Assembly (NCBI GenBank): GCA_965248265.1
Contig: CBDFJF010000001.1
Span: 416,001-480,000, forward strand
Direction: 5' to 3'
From: Candidatus Latescibacterota bacterium
GTDB taxonomy: Bacteria > Latescibacterota > UBA2968 > UBA8231
Length of the DNA stretch: 64,000 bases
Below are positions 20,844 through 31,560 of the stretch, in pieces. Under the pieces are notes generated by a model that was given only the letters and a program-made list of their open reading frames with translations, was not told where the DNA came from and searched no databases. The translations under genes were made by a program, and so were the position numbers. Position 1 is the stretch's first letter. Each line of letters opens with the position of its first letter.

Positions 20844-21893
20844 GTGCACTTTTCCGAGCTCGATACTCCGGCACTCGTCGTCGATCTGGACGGACTCGAG
20901 AACAACATTGAGACCTTGCAACGCGCATGCAACGAACTCGGCATCGACCTGCGTGTTCACACGAAAACGCACAAGACGCCCGAGATCGCGCGGATGCAGG
21001 TGGCTGCTGGAGCCATCGGCATCGTCAGCCAGAAACTGGGCGAGGCGGAAGCCATGGCCGCCGCGGGGATGGAAGACATTCTCATCGTCTACAACATCGT
21101 CGGCAAGCCGAAGCTCGAACGCCTGACCCGCCTGGTGAAAAGCGGCACGACGATGCTGACGCTGGCCGCGGATTCGGCGGCGACGGTGGAGGGGATCTCA
21201 CGGCAGGCTTCCGCCGAAGGATGCAGTGTGCGGTTGATTGTCGAGATGGACACGGGCAATCACCGCTGCGGCGTGCAATCGCCGCAGGAGACCCTCGAGC
21301 TGGCGCAACTCATAGACCGTCTTCCCGGCCTGGAGTTCATGGGAGTGATGACCTACGCCCACAACGACGGCGTCGGTCCTTTCATCGACGAGGTGCGTGA
21401 TCTGACCCAGAAATCCGGCCTGCCGCTACACATCGTCAGCGGCGGTGGTACCGGTAGCGAGTTGTTCTGCAAGAAGATCGGTTGCACGGAGACCCGCATA
21501 GGCTCTTACGCCTATGAGGGCATGACCAGGGTAAGCGAGCGTGCGCACCTGCAGCCACAACGCTGCCCACTGCGCATGGTCGTTACCGTGGTCAGCACCG
21601 CCGTGCCAGGACAGATCATCATCGACGCCGGCATGAAGGCCTTTGCCAGCTATCCGCCCATTCCGTACGGCTACTGCATCGAACATCCCGAAATCGAGAT
21701 CAAAATGATGTCCGTCGAGCATGGTCACGTCGACGTGACGGCCTCATCTCACGAGTTCCAGGTCGGAGAGGTGCTGTCCTTCATCCCCCTTCACGGCGGC
21801 ATGACGACGAACCTGCACGATCGCCTCTACCCGATGCGCGATGGCGAAGTGGGGGATCCGTGGATGGTGGCAGGACGGGGAAAGGCCCAGTAA
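20844..21893 (+). CDS. Second D-threonine aldolase/DSD1-family PLP-dependent enzyme
   Basis: LDTPAL, HTKTHK, EMDTGNHRCG, SGGGT, DAGMK, SVEHG. Confidence 0.88.
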   Translation: MHFSELDTPALVVDLDGLENNIETLQRACNELGIDLRVHTKTHKTPEIARMQVAAGAIGIVSQKLGEAEAMAAAGMEDILIVYNIVGKPKLERLTRLVKSGTTMLTLAADSAATVEGISRQASAEGCSVRLIVEMDTGNHRCGVQSPQETLELAQLIDRLPGLEFMGVMTYAHNDGVGPFIDEVRDLTQKSGLPLHIVSGGGTGSELFCKKIGCTETRIGSYAYEGMTRVSERAHLQPQRCPLRMVVTVVSTAVPGQIIIDAGMKAFASYPPIPYGYCIEHPEIEIKMMSVEHGHVDVTASSHEFQVGEVLSFIPLHGGMTTNLHDRLYPMRDGEVGDPWMVAGRGKAQ

Positions 21894-21907
21894 AACGGGA
21901 GCCCAGA

Positions 21908-22357
21908 TCACTGAGGGGCGGGCTGGAACAACTCCATGGTGATGCCATCGGGGTCGACGACGTAGGCTCCCCAGGCCTCGGTGTTGGCACCGACATCGAT
22001 TCTCACCGGCGGGGACTTGAAGTGAACACCCTTGGCACTGAGCTCTTCGTAGGCGGCCTGCAGGTCCTCGACGATGAAAGCGACGTGGGAGTTGCCCGGG
22101 TTGTTCGTGCTCATGTCGACGGTCTGGCCACGTGGGTGCGCGTACTCGAACAGCTCGAGAATGTGGTCGGACCCGGGAATGCGCAGCTCCACCGCCTTGA
22201 CGACGCTGTCGGAGAAGGCGACGATGTCACGGAAATATTGGTCCGTGATCTCCCGTTCCCAGATGATCTCGCAGCCGAGCAGGTCGCGGTAAAACGCTAA
22301 GGAGCGTTCCATGTTGGACACGGTGTAGCTGGTATGATGGACGCCGCTGACCTTCAT
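21908..22357 (-). CDS. VOC/glyoxalase family protein
   Basis: HHTSYTVSN..RSL.FY, LELFEY, HVAF, DPDG..ELF. Confidence 0.88.
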   Translation of the reverse strand: MKVSGVHHTSYTVSNMERSLAFYRDLLGCEIIWEREITDQYFRDIVAFSDSVVKAVELRIPGSDHILELFEYAHPRGQTVDMSTNNPGNSHVAFIVEDLQAAYEELSAKGVHFKSPPVRIDVGANTEAWGAYVVDPDGITMELFQPAPQ

Positions 22358-22391
22358 CGGGTTTTTCCTCCTTCAGTTTCAGATCCCAGTT

Positions 22392-23165
22392 TCAAAATAG
22401 TTGGTAGGCCGTCCAGCCACCGTCGACGCGCAGGGTCTCCGCGGTTATGTAGGAGGCCTCGTCGCTGGCCAGATAGAGCACGGCATCCGCCACTTCGTCG
22501 GGTGTCCCGAGCCGCCCCATTGGTGTGCGGCGTTCGTAGGTGTCGAGGCTGGCCGTGCCCTCTTCCAGTCCTTTGCGGACCATTTCCGTCATGACGACCG
22601 CTGGAGCCACACCGACGACGCGAACGCCGCGCTGCGCCCATTCGATACCCAGCGCCTCGGTCAGCATGATGAGCCCGGCCTTGGCTGTACCGTAGGCGAC
22701 TCGGCCTTCGATCGGATGGCATCCGATAATCGAGGCGATGTTGACGATGACGCCCTGGCCGCGGGCCAGCATGGGGCGGGACACGGCCTGGCTGCAGTAG
22801 AAGGCGCCCGACAGCATCACGTCGATGGTCTCACGCCACTGGTCAGCCGGGAGCAGCTCGGCGGCAGCCTTGTGGGCGACGCCGGCGTTGTTCACCCACA
22901 CGTCAACGGCTCCACACTCTTCCACGAGCCGCTCAACCAGAGCCGCGCTCTCCTCCGGGGAACGGACGTCGAGAAGCTCGAAGCGAGCATCCGTGCCCTG
23001 GTCGCGAAGGATCTCGGCGGCACCCTCTCCCTGCTCGGCATTGATGTCGGTGAGGACAACGCGGGCTTGTGCTGCTCCAAAGCGGCGACCCATCTCCAGA
23101 CCGAGACCGCGGGAGCTACCCGTGATTACTACTGTATAGCCGGAGAAATCGGTTGGCGCGGCCAT
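22392..23165 (-). CDS. Short-chain dehydrogenase/reductase
   Basis: TGSSRGLG, NNAG, YGTAK. Confidence 0.9.
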   Translation of the reverse strand: MAAPTDFSGYTVVITGSSRGLGLEMGRRFGAAQARVVLTDINAEQGEGAAEILRDQGTDARFELLDVRSPEESAALVERLVEECGAVDVWVNNAGVAHKAAAELLPADQWRETIDVMLSGAFYCSQAVSRPMLARGQGVIVNIASIIGCHPIEGRVAYGTAKAGLIMLTEALGIEWAQRGVRVVGVAPAVVMTEMVRKGLEEGTASLDTYERRTPMGRLGTPDEVADAVLYLASDEASYITAETLRVDGGWTAYQLF

Positions 23166-23986
23166 TAATCCTCCTTCTCCGGAAAACCGGTGGCATCCAG
23201 GTTGCCCCAGGCCACCCAGCCGCCATCGGCGCGCAGGTTCTGACCGGTGATGTAGCTTGCCCGGTCCGAGGCCAGAAACAGCACGACGTCGGCGATCTCG
23301 TCGACCTCGGCGATACGACCCATCGGCGTGCGCCTGTTGTACTGTTCCAGACTGGTCAGTCCGCCGCGGACCGCCTCGGCTACCATTTCAGTACGGGTCA
23401 CTCCTGGTGAAACGCAGTTGAGACGGATGTTGTACTGGGCCCATTCGGTGGCCAGCATTTCGTTCAGCTTAATCACGCCGGCCTTGGCGGCCGTGTAGGC
23501 GGAACGCATCGGCCAGCCACCCATTCCGGTGATCGAGGCCAGTTGGACGACGCTGCCGCTGCACTGTGGGATCATCGATTCGCGCGCGACCGCCTGAGTC
23601 ATCAGGAAGACCCCCGTCAGCAACACATCGATCTGCAGGCGCCAGTCCTCCTCACGGACATCCTCCGACTTGCCCGGCACGAAGACGCCGACGCTGTTGA
23701 CGAGCAGGTCGATGCGGCCATGCTCGGCGACGACCTGCCTGGCCAGAATGGCACAGGATTCTCCCTGGGTGATGTCGAGCTGGATGGCCTGGGCTCGCAA
23801 GCCCTCGGACCGCAGACGAGCTGCCGCCGCCTCGCCGCGTTCAGAGACCAGCTCAGCGATCACGACCACCGCGCCTTCGCGGGCGAATCTCTGGGCAATT
23901 GCTTCCCCGATGCCCTGGCCGGCACCGGTGATGATGGCGACGCGGTCCTGGAGTTGCAAGTCGTCGATGGCGGGGACTTCAGGCAT
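23165..23986 (-). CDS. Short-chain dehydrogenase/reductase
   Basis: TGAGQGIG, YTAAK, SYITGQ. Confidence 0.9.
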   Translation of the reverse strand: MPEVPAIDDLQLQDRVAIITGAGQGIGEAIAQRFAREGAVVVIAELVSERGEAAAARLRSEGLRAQAIQLDITQGESCAILARQVVAEHGRIDLLVNSVGVFVPGKSEDVREEDWRLQIDVLLTGVFLMTQAVARESMIPQCSGSVVQLASITGMGGWPMRSAYTAAKAGVIKLNEMLATEWAQYNIRLNCVSPGVTRTEMVAEAVRGGLTSLEQYNRRTPMGRIAEVDEIADVVLFLASDRASYITGQNLRADGGWVAWGNLDATGFPEKED

Positions 23987-24078
23987 GCTCGAGAGTGGCT
24001 CCTGTGGAACGGGAGGTCACGCAGTGGCTATCATTATAGGCAGCACGGCATGCTGACACGAGGGATGATTGGATCGGA

Positions 24079-24342
24079 ATGGCAAAAAAGGGCGACCCGG
24101 AGCGCCGGACCATTGGGATACACTGCGCTGGATGCCGGAGTCTGCTGTACAAGTATCGGAAAGGGGGCACCGGCGGTCTGGTCAAATGTTTCGTAGAGCG
24201 GATCGTCGAAGACCACACCGAGGGCAACCTGCATTGCCCGCAATGCGGTCAGGAATTCGCGCGTGAGCGAATGTTTAATGGCAAGCCGGCCCACAAGATC
24301 ATCCAGGGCAAGGTCTTCGTCCGCGGGATGAGGCGCAAATGA
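24079..24342 (+). CDS. Small zinc-ribbon hypothetical protein
   Basis: CAGC and CPQC pairs; overlaps next ATG. Confidence 0.7.
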   Translation: MAKKGDPERRTIGIHCAGCRSLLYKYRKGGTGGLVKCFVERIVEDHTEGNLHCPQCGQEFARERMFNGKPAHKIIQGKVFVRGMRRK

Positions 24343-24947
24343 GGGAATCACACACAGGAGTGACCCGTTCAACCTACGATCGCATTTCAAGAGAGTTCCT
24401 CGAGCGTACCGTGGATCGACGAGGGGTCCGTCACATGAGAAGGCAGTTCATGACTGCCCTGCCGCGCGATGCTCTGATCCTCGACATCGGATGTGGTCCT
24501 GGTTTTGACGTCGACCACTTTCGCGCCGAAGGCCACGGTGCCATTGGCATCGATCTTTCGCATGGTATGTTGCGACTGGCCAGCGAGGAATACGGAGCGG
24601 GCGCCTATGTGCAGGCGGACATGCGTCATCTGCCCTGCGGCCGTACGGCGGACGGCATTTGGGCTTGTGCGTCCATGTTGCATCTTGAACGGGAGGACTT
24701 TCCTGACGCACTTTCAGGTTTTGGGAAGGCGTTGAAACCAGGGGGTATTCTGTGTTTCAGCCTAAAGGCGGGTGAAGGCGATGAGTGGGATACGCGCTAC
24801 GGTGCTGACTGTCGGCGGTGGTTTACGTTCTGGTCTGAAGCAGACGTCGACGGACATCTGCGGGAGCATGGCTTTGAAATCCTTGACCCGGAACAAGACC
24901 GCCCTGACAGGCCCAGCTGGATCCGTCGACTGGCGCGGCGGCGGTGA
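24339..24947 (+). CDS. Class I SAM-dependent methyltransferase
   Basis: LDIGCGPG, IWACASMLH, LKPGG. Confidence 0.87.
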   Translation: MRESHTGVTRSTYDRISREFLERTVDRRGVRHMRRQFMTALPRDALILDIGCGPGFDVDHFRAEGHGAIGIDLSHGMLRLASEEYGAGAYVQADMRHLPCGRTADGIWACASMLHLEREDFPDALSGFGKALKPGGILCFSLKAGEGDEWDTRYGADCRRWFTFWSEADVDGHLREHGFEILDPEQDRPDRPSWIRRLARRR

Positions 24948-25009
24948 AAAGCCCAAGCGTCACCCCCGCCTGCCCCTGCACGAGGCCGTCCTCTGGGTCC
25001 GCTACTCGT

Positions 25010-27340
25010 TCACATGGCGTACTGGATCTCGAACACGCTCAAGCGACCAATCCGCGGCCCCGTGAGAAATTCTCGGTGTCGGTTGCCAAGCAGGTTCTGC
25101 ACCGAGATCCGGTAATGGATGCCGTGAGTCGCCTCGTAGATCAACCCGAGATCGACGACGGTGTAAGAAGGCACGGTCCCACCGAATTGAGCCTCGCGAA
25201 AATCGTGCTCAGCCACGTACCGCGCCGACAGGTCGACGGCCGTTCTCGGAAAAACGAGATCGTTGGCTGACACCCCGAAGTTGACGATGGCACCAGGGGT
25301 ATTGAACGGTACCTCCATGCCGCCATCATCCTTGAGGGTGCCGGCATCGATCAAGGAGGTGTTGCCGCGCAGGACGATCCGCTCCGTGAGGTAGGCGCTG
25401 GCGCCAAGGTCGAAGCCGATGACAGCCAGCTTGCCGAAGTTTACTGTCGTCAATGTTTTTTCGCCGGAGCGTAGTTCGCCGTTCTCGTCGAGGGTGACTA
25501 TTCCCGCCTCAAAATCTCCAATCGGCGTTGTGAAGGGACTGCTGAAATTCTCGTGCCGGCTTCTGTAACCGCTGATGTCGATGAAGAGCCGATCCGAGAG
25601 TGCTCCCTTGAGGCCGAGTTCGACCGTCGTGTTCTGTTCCGGCTCGAGGGCGGCGATGCCGTTTTCGAACTGGGCAGGCAAGGGGTCGCCAGACAGCGAA
25701 CCGAAGCGGAACCCGTCGCGATTCCCTCTGATCACTTCTGGAGGTATTCGCGGAATCAGGATATGCTGTTCGAGCACGGTAGGACTCTTGAAGGCGCGGT
25801 TGACTGAGGCCCGCACAGCCATCTTCCTGTCCAGCGGAGAATACACCAGGGCAATCCGGGGGCTGAGTTGGCTGCCGTATTCTTCGTGCCAATCAAAGCG
25901 CGATGCCAGGATCCCCTTGAGCGCCCGTGTTATCGTGGCTTCGGCGTAACTGAACACGCCGACCTGATTGAGCGTGACCTGGCCGCCTCTGACGAAGTTG
26001 CTCTTTTGATATTGCTGGCGCCAAGCGGACCCGATGATGAAACGGGTACGCGGCCATGCTGCCACGCCGAAGCGGTACCGCGCCTCGACCTCTCGCAGTG
26101 CGGATTTCCCCCTGATCATGGCACTCTGGCGAGCTTGCTGTGGGGGCAGGCCATATAGAAGGCGCAGGTTCGCCTCCTGGTCAAGGAGGAAGGAGTCTCC
26201 GACGTCAGCGCCGGTGTTGTAAGCGCTCAGATAGAGGCTGGGGGTCTCATAGGCAACCTGCTGGTAGTGGTAATAGCTGTCGATGACCTGGACCCGGCCG
26301 GTGAGCGTCGATTGTGAAATGCCGTTGACGCGCGTGGCCCCCGCGGTTGCCCGAACCGTGGTGCCGTCGTCCGGATAATAGTACAAGCCGATTCCGCCGA
26401 CGATGATGTCGGTGTCGAAATCCGGCGTCTCGGTCACCGAAGATGTGCCGTCGGTGTAGGTATTGGCCAGTTCGAAATCGCGGCCGCTTTGGTACTCGCC
26501 GGAAGCTTTCCAACCCCATTTCCCGTTGAAGAGTTCGGCATGACGGACGCGCCCCTTGAACACCTCGCGGGTACCTCCCGAAATCGCCGCAGTAGTGCTC
26601 TGGTCGGTCCGTGGATCACTGGATCGCAGGCTGATGATGCCGGACACCGCATCTGGTCCGTAGAGGGCGGATCCAGGGCCGGTGATGACCTCCATGTCAC
26701 GCACGTCGTCTTTGGTTGTGGCCGGGTTGTAATAGGGACTTCCCCCCAAGCTCTCCGTCACCCGGCCGTCCGTTATCAACAGCATGCGTTTGTTGAAGGC
26801 GGCGTTGAGTCCACGTGCCGCGAAGCGCTCCTGGAACAGACCGAGTTGCTGATAGTCGATGCCTCGGACATGGCGCAGGTCGTTGATGTAGGAGTGCCCG
26901 CCAGCGTTGCGCCGTATTTGTGCTGCATCAATCCGGGTCACGGATACCGGCGCCTCGAGGATGCTTTCGGGCAGGCGGCTGCCGGAAACGACGGTTTCGT
27001 CGAGTTCAAGCGGTCGAGTCACCATCTGCAGCAACAGGATCGCCGGGTTCCCGGCCGTGATGCTGACCTCGCGTGGAGTTGAGCGGTAGCCGATGTAGGT
27101 CGCCGATACTGAATAGGTTCCTGGCGTCAGGCCGTCGAAAGCGAAGTGGCCTTCGGCATCACTGACCGTGCCGAAGGTCCCGGACGTGGCCAAGTCACTG
27201 ACTATCACATTGGCCGCAGCCAGTGGTTGGCCCGTGTCGACAGAGATCACCTGGCCACTGATGCGAGCTCCATCCGCCATTGATGAGGAAGACAACACCA
27301 GGAGGAAAAGGAGAGCGCGGAACAAGGGTCTACCGTCCAT
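25010..27340 (-). CDS. TonB-dependent receptor with N-terminal carboxypeptidase-regulatory-like domain
   Basis: Signal peptide, PLAAANV, plug motif GPGSALYG, LEPE, NLLG, beta-barrel C-terminus. Confidence 0.9.
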   Translation of the reverse strand: MDGRPLFRALLFLLVLSSSSMADGARISGQVISVDTGQPLAAANVIVSDLATSGTFGTVSDAEGHFAFDGLTPGTYSVSATYIGYRSTPREVSITAGNPAILLLQMVTRPLELDETVVSGSRLPESILEAPVSVTRIDAAQIRRNAGGHSYINDLRHVRGIDYQQLGLFQERFAARGLNAAFNKRMLLITDGRVTESLGGSPYYNPATTKDDVRDMEVITGPGSALYGPDAVSGIISLRSSDPRTDQSTTAAISGGTREVFKGRVRHAELFNGKWGWKASGEYQSGRDFELANTYTDGTSSVTETPDFDTDIIVGGIGLYYYPDDGTTVRATAGATRVNGISQSTLTGRVQVIDSYYHYQQVAYETPSLYLSAYNTGADVGDSFLLDQEANLRLLYGLPPQQARQSAMIRGKSALREVEARYRFGVAAWPRTRFIIGSAWRQQYQKSNFVRGGQVTLNQVGVFSYAEATITRALKGILASRFDWHEEYGSQLSPRIALVYSPLDRKMAVRASVNRAFKSPTVLEQHILIPRIPPEVIRGNRDGFRFGSLSGDPLPAQFENGIAALEPEQNTTVELGLKGALSDRLFIDISGYRSRHENFSSPFTTPIGDFEAGIVTLDENGELRSGEKTLTTVNFGKLAVIGFDLGASAYLTERIVLRGNTSLIDAGTLKDDGGMEVPFNTPGAIVNFGVSANDLVFPRTAVDLSARYVAEHDFREAQFGGTVPSYTVVDLGLIYEATHGIHYRISVQNLLGNRHREFLTGPRIGRLSVFEIQYAM

Positions 27341-27342
27341 CT

Positions 27343-27730
27343 TCACCACCAGCCTTCCTTGCGACCACTCCGTACACGGTCGCCGGGTTGTCGTGGAAAC
27401 AGGTCTTGGGCAACATCGATGGCCGTCGACGGAGAGGTCGAGCCTTCCTCGATCATCTCGGCCAGCACTGCGGCGAAGTTACGACGTGCCATCTGCAGGT
27501 GACGTAGATGGTACCCAAAAATGGCATCCAAGTGCACCAGGTCGTCGCCGAAGGCGATAATTTATCACACGGAACCATGCGCAACCACTCCTCTCAGCGC
27601 GATGCGGCGATGGGTGAGATATCACGGTCAAGGCACTTGTGGCTGCCACTGACGAACAAGGTGCCGCTATCTCCGGGCAAGCGCATCAAGCCGCTGCCGT
27701 TGTGAGTGTGGAAACGACCGACACCAGGTT
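27343..27730 (-). pseudogene. Degraded amidohydrolase-family gene remnant
   Basis: Fragments in shifting frames: ISPIAA / EWLRMVPCDK / IAFGDD..FG..HLQMARRNFAAVLAEMIEEG; left boundary approximate. Confidence 0.55.
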
Positions 27731-27995
27731 CGCGCACATGGAGAGGTCATCTCCATGCGAAAATCCCTGGCACTCTCGCTCATTACCGCTGGCACCACGA
27801 TCCAGCCCTGGTGGTCTCCTCGATAGCCTGGCATAACTAATTGATTTTACTCGGCATGTGCAAGGTGGTCCCGCGCGGTCCCGTCAGCGGCAATACTCGG
27901 GGGAGTGACACTTTTGGACGCTCGGGGTGTCGAAACAGGGCAGGAACGACATATTCATCCCCGTGGCGAGAGTTCTGTCGTCCGATCTGGAGACT

Positions 27996-28847
27996 ATGAT
28001 GAAAACGATACAGTGGTGTGCAATCGGAATCGTGAGCGCTGTCACAGCCGGTTTCTCCGAGCCCGTGGACACGCGGTTCGGGTTTGATGAGACGGCCTCG
28101 ATCGAGTGGATCACGGGTGAGCGGATCGAAATCGAATGGAATGAGATATCAGATTCGCGTTGCGCCACGGGCGCGACCTGCGTCTGGGAAGGCCAGGTTA
28201 CCGTGTCCGTCGATGTCGTCGTCGACGGCGCGCGCACTGAAGATATCGAAATCACCCTCCACGGTGAGGAGTTCGAGCGTGCCGTGGCGACGGTTGCGGG
28301 CTTTCGCATTCAATTGGCGGCCGTGGGGCCGTACCCGGTGCTGGACGAGCCGACCGAGCGTTCCAGCTATCGCGCTACCGTGGTTGTGTCACCGGTCACG
28401 AACACCGAGTTGCGCCACGGAATGGCGGGGCTCAACAGTCGATGGCGTCTCGAATTCTTCGGCCTGATAGGTAAAGAGGCGCCGGCGTTGGAGAGCACGG
28501 AGGTTACCGTCCTGTTCGAGTTGTCCGATTCCGGAGTGGGAACAGTTTCGGGATCCGGTGGATGCAACGGCTTCACCGGTAGTGTTCAGGTTGCGCCGAT
28601 CGGTGCGATCGCGTTGAGCGACCTTGGTTTTACCGACATGGCCTGCGACGGTCCTGGTCTGATGGAGCAGGAGGATCGATTCTTCACCGAGTTGCCCAAC
28701 GTCATCGGCTTTACGATGACGGAAACCCGGCTGGTCCTGCCGTACGCAGGGGGAGATACAATTGGCACCATGATCTTCGGCCGAATGGACGGCATCCCAA
28801 CTGCGGTCGAAGTGAAATCGTGGGGCCAGGTAAAGGCCGGTTCATGA
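27996..28847 (+). CDS. Secreted META (HslJ-like) domain protein with C-terminal TAVEVKSWGQVK tail
   Basis: Signal peptide, DSRC..G..CVWEG, GSGGCNGFTG, TDMAC..MEQE. Confidence 0.82.
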   Translation: MMKTIQWCAIGIVSAVTAGFSEPVDTRFGFDETASIEWITGERIEIEWNEISDSRCATGATCVWEGQVTVSVDVVVDGARTEDIEITLHGEEFERAVATVAGFRIQLAAVGPYPVLDEPTERSSYRATVVVSPVTNTELRHGMAGLNSRWRLEFFGLIGKEAPALESTEVTVLFELSDSGVGTVSGSGGCNGFTGSVQVAPIGAIALSDLGFTDMACDGPGLMEQEDRFFTELPNVIGFTMTETRLVLPYAGGDTIGTMIFGRMDGIPTAVEVKSWGQVKAGS

Positions 28848-29599
28848 GGCGTGCCCGCCACCAGTTGATCGCAGCCGCTGTCGTGCTGCAAGCCTCAGTG
28901 CTCGCTGCTGAAAGCAATCCGCCCCTGCCGGGATTCGATGAGGCTGGATCGGATCCCCGGGCGATCGAAATCGCCGATGCCGTGATGGAGCGGCTCGGTG
29001 GGCGTGCCAACTGGGATACCACGCGCTACATCACCTGGCGTTTCTTCGGCCGACGCCTGCATGTGTGGGATAAGTGGACGGGCGACCTGCGCTTTGAACA
29101 GAGTGATCTGGTCGTGCTCATGAACATCCATTCGCGAGAGGGCAGGGCATGGAAAGAGGGACAGCTGGTTGTTGATGCCGATACCCTGGCAGCCAGATTG
29201 GACGATGCCTACCGCGCCTGGATCAACGACAGCTACTGGGTAGTGATGCCCTACAAGCTCAAGGACAGCGGGGTCACACTGAGGCACAAAGGCAGTGGCG
29301 AGACGGTAGGTGGATTGTCATGTGAGGTTCTCGAACTCACCTTTACAGATGTCGGTGTAACGCCGCAAAACAAGTACGATGTCTACGTCGATTCGCAAGA
29401 GCACCTGGTGCGCCAATGGGTGTTCTACGCCAACGCCGACGACGAAGAGCCGAGGTTCGTTAGTCCATGGTCAAACTGGAAGCTGTATGGCAGGATCTGG
29501 TTGGCTGACGATCACGGCAGGAACCGACACACGGATGTCTCCGTCCTCGAGGAGGTACCCCACGCGACGTTCGAAGATCCCGCGGTCGGACAGTGGTGA
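28844..29599 (+). CDS. Conserved secreted hypothetical protein
   Basis: Signal peptide; ATGA overlap; WDKWTG, WINDSYW..PYKLKDSGV. Confidence 0.75.
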   Translation: MRRARHQLIAAAVVLQASVLAAESNPPLPGFDEAGSDPRAIEIADAVMERLGGRANWDTTRYITWRFFGRRLHVWDKWTGDLRFEQSDLVVLMNIHSREGRAWKEGQLVVDADTLAARLDDAYRAWINDSYWVVMPYKLKDSGVTLRHKGSGETVGGLSCEVLELTFTDVGVTPQNKYDVYVDSQEHLVRQWVFYANADDEEPRFVSPWSNWKLYGRIWLADDHGRNRHTDVSVLEEVPHATFEDPAVGQW

Positions 29600-29621
29600 G
29601 GGTTGAGCGAGTACTGACCGC

Positions 29622-29984
29622 TCAGCCACCTTCAACATACTGCATGATCCCGAACAGGTTTCCCTCCGTATCCTGGCAGTAGGCGAGCAGGCCGACAGAC
29701 GGGATCTCCTGTTTGGGGACCACACATTTCCCACCGGCCGCTTCGATTTTGGTGACGAACTCGTCGACGGAAGGTACATCGATTGTATTGCACGCCCCCC
29801 CATGTGTTCCTGAGCGTTGCACAAGGGCCCCATTGATGCCGGGATCCGCGTCGCTTCCCGTCGTGACTACGGGCCGGTAACTTTCCGACCACCGGTCGGT
29901 TTGCCAACCGAAAACGTCCGTGTAGAATGAGATGGCCCGCGACAGGTCATCGGCGGGGATCTCGAAATGGATGACTCCTGGCAT
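29622..29984 (-). CDS. VOC/glyoxalase family protein
   Basis: HFEIPADD..RA..FY, GINGAL, DTEGNLFG. Confidence 0.88.
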   Translation of the reverse strand: MPGVIHFEIPADDLSRAISFYTDVFGWQTDRWSESYRPVVTTGSDADPGINGALVQRSGTHGGACNTIDVPSVDEFVTKIEAAGGKCVVPKQEIPSVGLLAYCQDTEGNLFGIMQYVEGG

Positions 29985-30007
29985 TTGAACCTCTCAGTGG
30001 CTAGCCG

Positions 30008-30733
30008 TCACCGAACCGCATCCTTGCCGAAGCGGCAAAAGCCTTCGGCAAAGGTACACTCGGTCATGCCGGCGGTGAGTTGGGCTTCGAAAGCCCGGTA
30101 GCGGGCCAGTATTTCGTATTGCGTTGGCAGCAAGGGTTGCGCGGCCAGCGCTTTCATGGCCTCGATCTTGCGCTCGATCGTGCTGTCGATATCGACGAAA
30201 AAATCAGGCAGAAACTTGGTGACTGGGCTGGCCCCAAGTTGCGTCTCATAGCACACGTATTCGGGCGATGGGCAGGGTCCGTTCGCTGTTTCGATGCCGG
30301 GGGTGCCACAATATCGTGCTGCCCACAGGACGCCTTGTGCCGCTTCAACGTGATCGGGGTGAAGGAAGTCGTCTATCCAGTGGCACAGTACGACGTCCGG
30401 CGCGAAGGCACGGATCGCGTCCATGACTTCCAGTCGGCGTTCCGGTCCCAACAGCAGCGGGCCATCGCCGTAGTCGAAGCAGTCGATGGTCGCTCCTAAG
30501 ATGCCTGCCGCCGCCTTCATTTCTTCCTGGCGGATGGCTTTTATCACGCCGATGGGCGGTGGGGGATTCTGGTCCCACAGGGCAGGAGATTCCATTATCT
30601 CCCCGAAGGTGAAGTCGTGGATATGCACGGTTGCTCCAGCATCGGTGAAGCGGGCGATGGTTCCCCCCGCCCGCGAGCAGAAATCCGCGGCGTGAGCGCT
30701 GAATACGAGCACCTTCTTGTGGTCCAGGAACAT
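30008..30733 (-). CDS. PIG-L/LmbE family deacetylase
   Basis: SAHAADF, GGTIA, HPDH, PDFFVDI. Confidence 0.85.
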   Translation of the reverse strand: MFLDHKKVLVFSAHAADFCSRAGGTIARFTDAGATVHIHDFTFGEIMESPALWDQNPPPPIGVIKAIRQEEMKAAAGILGATIDCFDYGDGPLLLGPERRLEVMDAIRAFAPDVVLCHWIDDFLHPDHVEAAQGVLWAARYCGTPGIETANGPCPSPEYVCYETQLGASPVTKFLPDFFVDIDSTIERKIEAMKALAAQPLLPTQYEILARYRAFEAQLTAGMTECTFAEGFCRFGKDAVR

Positions 30734-30817
30734 GGTCGCTCTCCAGGGTCTTGTTGGTGTGCTCGGCAAGATGCAGCAAATTAGCCGTACAGGTCAACCA
30801 GAAGTGATTGTGATTTG

Positions 30818-31537
30818 CTATGGCAGAGAGATGCCCAGCGTGGCGAGCTGTTTTTCCACCTGTTCAGCCCAACCGCGATTGGCGGCAGGGCTCGCCGGCG
30901 AGGGATGCAGGATGGTGCCGACTGTAATCCCATCGCCGGCAGCCTGCCGTGCCCGTGCCTCGGCGAACTTGCCAACTCCCAGAACATGCGTTGGACCGAT
31001 GAAGTCGATGAGCGCCCTCAGGGCGCGGTCACAGGCCTCGAACAGTGGCGCACGCTCTTGGGGAGGTAGCTTGTCGGGTGTGCGATTGCGGCCGGAGTCT
31101 TCGAGAAAGGCCAGGGGGCAGTAATTCCAGACGAAAAATCGCTCGAAGAATGATTCGGGTGATCCGAAACGGTCGCGTGCCCAACCCCACAGACGTTGTC
31201 CGCTGACCTCACTGCGGCGGCAGTCGAAACCATCGATTGGCCGCTTGGGGTGTTCGGCCGCTGGTTTGCGGATCGCAGCGCTGATGCCGAGCCAATCTTT
31301 GACGAGATTCACTTCACCAAAGGGTACGCCGGTTTGTGCCATTCCCCAGGGCCCGGGGTTCATACCCAGAAGCAGGGTACTCACGCGCGGTCGGCAATAG
31401 CGCGCAAGGTAGGCCGCATGAGCCTCGGCAGCATAGTCGAGGGGGTTGTAGACATGCGCAACCGGATCGTCGAAACGCAGGCGGTTCACTTCTTCACTGA
31501 GGGTGCGCGCGATCTGCAGCGGCACGGAACCGGGCAT
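30818..31537 (-). CDS. SMUG1-type (family 3) uracil-DNA glycosylase
   Basis: YNPLDYA, GMNPGPWGMAQTGVPFG, EVSG.R.W, NYCPL, HPSPASP. Confidence 0.92.
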   Translation of the reverse strand: MPGSVPLQIARTLSEEVNRLRFDDPVAHVYNPLDYAAEAHAAYLARYCRPRVSTLLLGMNPGPWGMAQTGVPFGEVNLVKDWLGISAAIRKPAAEHPKRPIDGFDCRRSEVSGQRLWGWARDRFGSPESFFERFFVWNYCPLAFLEDSGRNRTPDKLPPQERAPLFEACDRALRALIDFIGPTHVLGVGKFAEARARQAAGDGITVGTILHPSPASPAANRGWAEQVEKQLATLGISLP

Positions 31538-31560
31538 CTATGGCTGTCGCACGACGCTCA

